Positions 1 to 5,045 of a stretch of DNA of 46,501 nt are shown here, one piece after another. The notes under the pieces were generated by a model that had not been told where the DNA came from, did not search any database, and worked only from the letters and a program-made list of their open reading frames with translations. Source of the DNA: a virus; the IMG/VR virus record IMGVR_UViG_3300047333_000105, positions 1-46,501 of that record; one strand, 5' to 3'. Within the stretch, counting starts at the first letter, position 1, and the number at the start of each line of letters is the position of its first letter. A program made the translations under genes and the position numbers.

Positions 1-127
1 TGACCCTGACCCTGACCGTGACCGTGGCCCTGACCCTGACCGGTATTTTTGTTTAATTGGTCTCATATCAGCCTCACTTGATAACACCAAAGCTCTCGAT
101 AGCCGATGTCTGGATATAGAGGGAGTT
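1..127. repeat. Terminal overlap: bases 1-127 are an exact copy of 46375-46501, so the contig closes on itself (unit length 46374 bp)
   Basis: Compared base by base. Both copies run tgaccctgaccctgaccgtgaccgtggccc...ggatatagagggagtt. An exact 127-bp end overlap is the usual mark of a circular or circularly permuted molecule assembled with k=127, and is not necessarily a biological terminal repeat. Confidence 0.95.
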
Positions 128-343
128 GGGCAGCTTTTGGGCGTCTTTCCAAGTCTTGGTGTCAAATGCCCCTGTTTCGTACACGATGGAGGGATTCTTG
201 ATGAGAACGCAGGTGTCGTTGACGCCTTCCAGTTCTCCCGTATAGATGTAGTTCATGCAAAAGAAGGTGACAGTCTGTCCCAACAGAGAAACGAGACCTT
301 CGTTGGCGACTTCGACGACTTCGACAGTGACAGCTTTTTTCAT
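74..343 (-). CDS. Hypothetical early protein (89 aa)
   Basis: Intact ORF. The ATG is preceded by AAAGGA 8 nt upstream (aataaaggaattatgtcATG on the minus strand). No family recognised. Confidence 0.7.
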   Translation of the reverse strand: MKKAVTVEVVEVANEGLVSLLGQTVTFFCMNYIYTGELEGVNDTCVLIKNPSIVYETGAFDTKTWKDAQKLPNSLYIQTSAIESFGVIK

Positions 344-415
344 GACATAATTCCTTTATTGAGAAGGAGAGAAAATAGCGAAAATAAATAACTTGACTTT
401 TGTAAAAGTCATAAT

Positions 416-456
416 CTTCGCTCTGCACCTTAGGTGCTTTGCACCGCTCAGGATCA
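416..456 (+). repeat. Copy A of a ~40-bp structured repeat (consensus CTTCGCTCCGCACCTTAGGTGCTTTGCACCGCTCAGGAGCA)
   Basis: Read directly; two mismatches to the consensus. Contains GCACC-TTA-GGTGC-TTT-GCACC (alternative 5-bp hairpins) inside an outer GCTCC...GGAGC pair. Lies in the leader of gene 74..343. Confidence 0.9.
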
Positions 457-541
457 TTCTGATTCACATTTGAATGTGATCCTCTTATAAGCCTTGCGGC
501 TCTAGGACGCTGGCGCTTTGATTTATAAGGATAATCTTTAT

Positions 542-576
542 CTTCGCTCCGCACCTTAGGTGCTTTGCGCCGCTCA
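542..576 (+). repeat. Copy B of the ~40-bp structured repeat (3' end diverged)
   Basis: cttcgctccgcaccttaggtgctttgcgccgctca. It is followed by its own hairpin GCCGCT-cata-AGCGGC (569-584) and sits just downstream of the stop of CDS 604..756. Confidence 0.9.
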
Positions 577-603
577 TAAGCGGCTCTGCCGCGCGAAGGA
601 GCA

Positions 604-756
604 TTAGTTCCAGGACTTAGGAACCGTAATAGAGAAGAGTTCGCAGAAGGCGCGATGCAGCTTCAGATACTCTTGACGAGGCCAGACCTTGAGTTCAGCC
701 GGAGTCGGCAGTTCATAGACCTGTCGCGTACCAGAACGGGTGTCAATGATTTGCAT
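604..756 (-). CDS. Small hypothetical early protein (50 aa, below the ORF-track cutoff)
   Basis: Hand translation gives MQIIDTRSGTRQVYELPTPAELKVWPRQEYLKLHRAFCELFSITVPKSWN. ATG at 756 with GAAAGGA 8 nt upstream; TAA at 604-606. Confidence 0.5.
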   Translation of the reverse strand: MQIIDTRSGTRQVYELPTPAELKVWPRQEYLKLHRAFCELFSITVPKSWN

Positions 757-777
757 TTGATAATCCTTTCGTACAAG

Positions 778-823
778 AAGTTATTCAGCTTATTGATAGG
801 AAAACAAAAGTTGTTCAGCTTAT
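778..823. promoter_or_regulatory. Two 16-bp direct repeats, 30 bp apart, upstream of CDS 604..756 (candidate operator pair)
   Basis: aagttattcagcttat (778-793) and aagttgttcagcttat (808-823), with one mismatch. The second overlaps the palindrome CAGCTT-atcga-AAGCTG. Confidence 0.4.
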
Positions 824-882
824 CGAAAAGCTGGGGCGAAGTTGGTCAATATCGCGGGCCGGGCCAGGGACGACCAGACACG

Positions 883-911
883 ACAAAAACCCCGGCGGTT
901 TCCCGCCAGGG
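883..911 (-). terminator. Intrinsic terminator after CDS 941..1123
   Basis: The minus strand reads CCCTGGCGG-gaaa-CCGCCGGGG followed by TTTTTG: a GC-rich stem (891-898 paired with 903-911) plus a U-tract (plus-strand A-run 884-889). Confidence 0.6.
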
Positions 912-940
912 CATGTAATGTCATATCGTACCAGAATCCT

Positions 941-1123
941 TTAGATCATTCTATATTTAAACTTGTATTGTCCGGCGATGATTTGGACAGTCCCTTTATA
1001 GTTTTTACCTTCAAGGATGGACATACAATGTGTGATGTTGTCAAAACCGATACCGATAAAATCGCCTTTGTCGGTGACAATATCAAAGTCATTGTCTTTT
1101 GTTTGAACGATTTGCATTTGCAT
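941..1123 (-). CDS. Hypothetical early protein (60 aa)
   Basis: The track ORF is 941..1159. I prefer the ATG at 1123 (MQMQIVQTKDND...) because AAAGAAAGG lies 8 nt upstream and this start removes the overlap with CDS 1137..1307. Confidence 0.6.
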   Translation of the reverse strand: MQMQIVQTKDNDFDIVTDKGDFIGIGFDNITHCMSILEGKNYKGTVQIIAGQYKFKYRMI

Positions 1124-1136
1124 GACTAACCTTTCT

Positions 1137-1307
1137 TTAGTTGGTCTTGGCCAGTTCACGAAGCATCTTGTTTAGGGCCTTAGTGGCCTTTTTCTTTGCC
1201 TCACTATTGGCAAAAACAGGTGGCCTTGCCATAACTGTCCTGCCTTTCTCTGCATAGACAGGTGTCAAAAGACGTCTCCCGGAGTTGGCAAACCTTATAG
1301 ATACCAT
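1137..1307 (-). CDS. Small basic hypothetical protein (56 aa, below the ORF-track cutoff)
   Basis: Hand translation gives MVSIRFANSGRRLLTPVYAEKGRTVMARPPVFANSEAKKKATKALNKMLRELAKTN. ATG at 1307 preceded by GAAAGGAAAAGGA; TAA at 1137-1139. Confidence 0.5.
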   Translation of the reverse strand: MVSIRFANSGRRLLTPVYAEKGRTVMARPPVFANSEAKKKATKALNKMLRELAKTN

Positions 1308-1364
1308 TGTCCTTTTCCTTTCTCTTTTGCTCAGAATTGATAAGGCCCCTGCATTGGGTTTGTC

Positions 1365-2051
1365 TTAGGCAGCAGCCTTTTCGGGTTGAGCCGGGCTGAT
1401 ATCCGGCTTTGCAACCGGGTCGATCATTTCATCGGTTTCAGTCTGTTTCATATTGGCTTCATCTTCGCTCCGCTCAGGAGCATTACGAGTGAGGCGTTCA
1501 TTCTCCAAGTATGCCTCGATCTTGAAGTCTGGCAGGTCGACGCCACGGATATGGGTTGCAAACATGCGAGCAGCCAAGACGTCCGATTGGGCAACCTCTT
1601 TCTTTTCGATAGCTACGTCGATACGCTTCGCGAACGAGCGATACATTTCAATAAGTTTCGAAAGATCGAGGGGTTGCTTGTCCTCTGTTTTCTTGTCGCC
1701 ATGGAGGTGCCAAGGGTTCTTGGAAGCCTCATCGATACGGAAACCACGTTCCGCCACCTTGCCAGACTTGTTGAGTTTGCCGGGCCAATCCGTTTCGTTT
1801 TTGACGACGATAGGGGAATAGGCACCGAACCAAGAAACAAGCTGCGCTCTCTGTTGAGTCCGCTTTTCCGTTGCCGGGATCGCAAAGACAAGGGTTTGGG
1901 CGAGTGTTACGTCGCCATGCTCACGGGCATGATACATACAAGCAATTGCAGTATCTTGGACGAGATTGAGCCAAGCCGCTGCATTGGTTGCAATGGTCTT
2001 GATATTGGTTTTGACTTCATCTTTTGACAGAAATGCAATGGACTTAGACAT
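1365..2051 (-). CDS. Hypothetical early protein (228 aa, acidic C-terminus); first sizeable gene of the early arm
   Basis: The track ORF is 1365..2141. I prefer the ATG at 2051 (MSKSIAFLSKDEV...) with AAGGA 8-9 nt upstream. No family recognised. Carries an internally deleted copy of the 40-bp repeat at 1463-1482. Confidence 0.75.
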   Translation of the reverse strand: MSKSIAFLSKDEVKTNIKTIATNAAAWLNLVQDTAIACMYHAREHGDVTLAQTLVFAIPATEKRTQQRAQLVSWFGAYSPIVVKNETDWPGKLNKSGKVAERGFRIDEASKNPWHLHGDKKTEDKQPLDLSKLIEMYRSFAKRIDVAIEKKEVAQSDVLAARMFATHIRGVDLPDFKIEAYLENERLTRNAPERSEDEANMKQTETDEMIDPVAKPDISPAQPEKAAA

Positions 2052-2685
2052 GATATATTCCTTTACATACAAGACACTACTCGTTCCGAGTGAAACGAGG
2101 TCTCCGGCTTGCGCCAAAGGTGACGAGGATGCAGGGACCATATCAATTCTGACCTAACGATAATCCGCTCTTAAGGAGCTTGTCTCCGTTAGGATTGAGA
2201 TACGATGTTGACGATGTCAAAGAACACGATAGCTTTATTGCTATCTGATCCACGGTGACTTACGGGCAAAACTCTCCCATATGCCGCTACGCATACTTTT
2301 GAGCGTGCCCAGCCTAACAAAGTTAGGGCCGGAACCAATCCCATACCTGCCAGCCTGATATTGAAGCCCTTCCGAGAACACCTTAGCCCTAGAGCCTTAG
2401 CTATCCCGTACCGAACCCCTACAAACCTTCTGCAAGCGGGTAACTGTTATCGGTCGCGACACCTATCCGACCAAGCGGCACTTAAGGTTTCCAGAGCCCC
2501 TAACCATTTAAGGTTTCAGGATGGCAGTGCTAGTTTGGGGATTGAAGCCCTTCACCTGAAACAGGTAATGCAAAGGCCGTGCCAATTGCTCCTTCACCAC
2601 AAACCCTAGCAGGCAAGGATCGTACGGAATGGCAGAAACGCTAAGGAATGCGAGGGGAATTGCGAGAGAGATTGATCCCAGGTGG

Positions 2686-2702
2686 ATGTAACATTGTATC
2701 AT
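2686..2702. promoter_or_regulatory. 17-bp imperfect palindrome ATGTAACATTGTATCAT, copy 1 (operator-like)
   Basis: Exact 17-mer also present at 2887-2903. Half-sites are ATGTAACA and TGTATCAT (12 of 17 positions symmetric). Preceded by CCAGGTG (2678-2684). Confidence 0.5.
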
Positions 2703-2886
2703 AGCAAGGTCAAATCGAGCAATGTTGTAAGCAATTCCGACACCAATACTGCCCTAATCGTACAAGAATGGCAGGAATGAGCCAATCTCTGCTGTAAAGA
2801 AACCCGACACTCTGTCTGAGGTATCTCTCCTAAGTCATTGATATCATTGGATGCAGGCTTGATAAGATATCCGACACTCTCTCGTC

Positions 2887-2903
2887 ATGTAACATTGTAT
2901 CAT
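2887..2903. promoter_or_regulatory. 17-bp imperfect palindrome ATGTAACATTGTATCAT, copy 2
   Basis: Exact repeat of 2686-2702. Followed by CACCTGG (2905-2911), the inverse complement of the heptamer that precedes copy 1. Confidence 0.5.
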
Positions 2904-2953
2904 GCACCTGGTTCGCAGCACCAGACAGAGAGGATCACCACTTGGAAGGGCTC

Positions 2954-3175
2954 ATGCTCAGGTCATCAGGTGGACTGGCTCATGTCATAGCAGGTCATCA
3001 CCATCACCATCACCATCACCATCACCATCACCATCACCATCACCATCGTCATCACCATCACCATCACCATCACCATCGTCATATCATACAAGAACAGACA
3101 GAGTACAAACAAGAGGCAAACCGAGGGCAGACTGGGCACAGGCTTGGGGTCGAGAGGGGGGTGGGGGAGGGGTAA
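2954..3175 (+). CDS. Possible histidine-rich peptide (73 aa: H17-R-H9-R-H core)
   Basis: ATG at 2954 preceded by GGAAGGG 4 nt upstream. This is the only ORF in the 1.6-kb control region with any ribosome-binding signal. The reading frame cannot be proven because the repeat is open in several frames. Confidence 0.3.
   Translation: MLRSSGGLAHVIAGHHHHHHHHHHHHHHHHHRHHHHHHHHHRHIIQEQTEYKQEANRGQTGHRLGVERGVGEG
2996..3083. repeat. (CATCAC)n hexanucleotide tandem repeat, about 14.5 units with two CGT variants
   Basis: Read directly: catcaccatcaccatcac...catcgtcatcaccat...catcgtcat. Confidence 0.95.
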
Positions 3176-3481
3176 AGTAGGGCCCTCTGAACCACGTTAT
3201 CAGTCGGGGTCATACGAGATTTCAAAATTTAGAAAAAATTGATATATCGATATTTGCCATTCTAAGGCACCCTACAGCGTCGATAGCAATAAAAGGACTA
3301 CAGATAAGGGTCTACCCCATCGATAGGCCTTCCTGGGCTTCCTAGGGCGTTTTAGAGGGTATTCAAGAAGTGGGCTCCCTCTGGTCGCCCCAATCCTCAC
3401 CAGACTCTGTCTTAAGACTCGTACACAAAGTTGAAAGAAGGTTCTCTCCCGTTCTCCCTCGCGCTAATCTTGTTAGAGAAT

Positions 3482-3556
3482 ATTGTTATAGTATATTGTT
3501 TATATAATAATTATTAAATATATTATTTTATAAATATATTATATATTATATACTAT
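3482..3556 (+). repeat. AT-rich segment sharing two blocks with 41978-42010 (ATTGTT(T)ATAGTATATTGTTTAT and ATTATATACTAT), split here by a ~40-bp pure A/T insert
   Basis: attgttatagtatattgtttat at 3482-3503 and attatatactat at 3545-3556. The same blocks are contiguous at 41978-42010. Confidence 0.8.
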
Positions 3557-3570
3557 ACCTTAATCTTTAT

Positions 3571-3599
3571 ATGATAACACAGAAACGGGTTTTTGTCAA
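3571..3599 (-). promoter_or_regulatory. Sigma70-type promoter P6, outermost promoter of the early (minus) arm
   Basis: The minus strand reads TTGACA (3599-3594), a 17-nt spacer and TATCAT (3576-3571). It faces away from P1 and fires into the AT-rich segment. Confidence 0.55.
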
Positions 3600-3697
3600 G
3601 AACTTTTTTCATAAAAATAAATAAAAAATAATTCCTTTAATAATTAAACACTTAACTCTTTGTACGAAACTTTCTTCTTTTCCATGTACGATTTCTC

Positions 3698-3726
3698 TTG
3701 ACAAAATAGTAAAAATGTGGTATAAT
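3698..3726 (+). promoter_or_regulatory. Consensus sigma70 promoter P1 with extended -10, start of the late (plus) arm
   Basis: TTGACA (3698-3703), a 17-nt spacer ending in tgtgg, then TATAAT (3721-3726). The leader ...tagagtaaga... resembles that of P5. Confidence 0.8.
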
Positions 3727-3756
3727 ATGTGTATAGAGTAAGAGAAACTCTTTTAA

Positions 3757-4269
3757 GTGATTCGAAACGGAATGGATGAAACAAAAATTGTTAATAAAAC
3801 GATAGGCGAGAAAATATCCGATTCAGTCGCCAAGCATGTCGGGTCATGGCGATTTGTAATCCTACAATCATCACTTCTTTTTGTATGGCTCTTCTACAAC
3901 TCTGTCACCACCGGAGCGTGGGACCCCTACCCCTTCATTCTTCTAAATCTGGTCCTGTCATTCCAAGCCGCCTACACAGCCCCTCTCATCATGATGAGTC
4001 AGAACAGGCAGGCAGAAATCGACAGAAAAGTTCTCTTCGGTGATTTCGAGGTAGACCAGAAAGCTCATGTCCTCATCACTGAAATCCACCGTACTCTTCA
4101 TCAAGGGATGACAAACAATGGCCTCGACAATGAAACCGGTACGCAAGGAGCTTGCTCCGAGTTACAAGACGGCAATGAAGAAAGATATTCTTCAGGACAA
4201 GAAGAAGGGGATCAAGCAGAACTCTCCTCTAGACAAGAAGCTAGACGCCAAGGTCAAGGCCCGCTTTAA
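3757..4269 (+). CDS. DUF1003-family membrane protein
   Basis: GSWRFV, two hydrophobic helices, DPYPFILLNLVLS, MMSQNRQAEIDR and EIHRTLHQ match the DUF1003 pattern as I remember it. The start may be GTG 3757 or ATG 3772. The C-terminal 50 aa is low complexity. Confidence 0.7.
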   Translation: MIRNGMDETKIVNKTIGEKISDSVAKHVGSWRFVILQSSLLFVWLFYNSVTTGAWDPYPFILLNLVLSFQAAYTAPLIMMSQNRQAEIDRKVLFGDFEVDQKAHVLITEIHRTLHQGMTNNGLDNETGTQGACSELQDGNEERYSSGQEEGDQAELSSRQEARRQGQGPL

Positions 4270-4308
4270 GAAATAAGTGGCCGTGTCACGCAAATAAAGG
4301 ATCATCTC

Positions 4309-4491
4309 ATGGTTACCATTCTCATCCTGGCAGTTCTTGCCGGAATCGTCTACCTCGTCTATCGAGCCATTCCTACAAAACAAGAAGTTTATGACGCCGA
4401 ACAGAAAGAGAAAAATCTCATTTCTGAAGTAGAAACTAAACTCAAAGATGACGTATCCACCTACGTCGTGGAAATCAAGAAAGATATCTGA
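4309..4491 (+). CDS. Small single-pass membrane protein (60 aa)
   Basis: MVTILILAVLAGIVYLVY N-terminal TM helix. AAAGGA 8 nt upstream of the ATG. The stop overlaps the TerS start (TGATG). Confidence 0.7.
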   Translation: MVTILILAVLAGIVYLVYRAIPTKQEVYDAEQKEKNLISEVETKLKDDVSTYVVEIKKDI

Positions 4492-5045
4492 TGGCAGTAC
4501 GTAACGGTAAGACCTACATGGAGCGTAAAGCTAAGATGCGCAAGGCTACCGTCGACGCCATCGAAGCTAAAGACTCTGAAGCTCTAGGAGCCACCCTCAC
4601 CGGTCTTCAGAGACAGTTCGCTCGCGAATATATCAAAGATTTCAACGCCTCTCAGGCCATTAAAAGGGCCGGGTATGACACGAAATACCCCGACAAAATG
4701 GGGGCTCAAGCCCTCGATAACCCTGCCCTCAGGGCCTACATCGACCTTCTCCTCGTAGAACGGTCTGATCTCATCGATGTCGATGTCAACTACGTCGTAA
4801 AGAAAATTACTCGTGCCATAGAACGCTGTGACGCCGCAGGGAAGTACAACGAAGTCCTTCGTGGCGCAGAATTGCTTGCAAAGTATCTCGGTATGTTCAT
4901 CGAGCGTACGGAAATCACCGGCAAAGACGGCGGCCCCATCGAATACGAAAAGGTCAAAGAAGATGCAGATGCGTTCGCTCGCTCAATTGCTCGCCTCACT
5001 TCCCGAGACGGAGAGACTGAAGTACCTGAACGAACTATCAATTGA
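4491..5045 (+). CDS. terS: Terminase small subunit (Terminase_2-like)
   Basis: LTGLQRQFAREYIKDFNASQAIKRAGY is the hallmark N-terminal HTH segment of this TerS family. The gene lies immediately upstream of TerL. Confidence 0.9.
   Translation: MAVRNGKTYMERKAKMRKATVDAIEAKDSEALGATLTGLQRQFAREYIKDFNASQAIKRAGYDTKYPDKMGAQALDNPALRAYIDLLLVERSDLIDVDVNYVVKKITRAIERCDAAGKYNEVLRGAELLAKYLGMFIERTEITGKDGGPIEYEKVKEDADAFARSIARLTSRDGETEVPERTIN

Noticed and set aside
1-127. Interpreting the 127-bp end duplication as a biological direct terminal repeat.
   Set aside because: The length equals a common assembler k-mer, and the junction cuts through a gene and a tandem repeat. This is most simply an assembly overlap of a circular or permuted genome.
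162-554. 130-aa minus-strand ORF spanning repeat copies A and B.
   Set aside because: It overlaps gene 74..343 out of frame, has no SD, and most of its length is translation of the repeats and hairpins. It is treated as non-coding leader.
2508-2702. 64-aa minus-strand ORF starting MIQCY, and a 19-codon twin starting at 2903.
   Set aside because: Their shared ATG and first five codons are simply the reverse complement of the 17-bp box. Neither has a ribosome-binding site and the twin stops after 19 codons.
2902-3180. 92-aa (SP)n frame across the CATCAC repeat.
   Set aside because: Its ATG has no SD and sits inside the second 17-bp box. The His frame at least has GGAAGGG upstream. Neither frame is proven.
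4828-4962. N-terminal extension of the TerL ORF.
   Set aside because: It lies inside terS in another frame. The conserved TerL sequence begins after ATG 4963.
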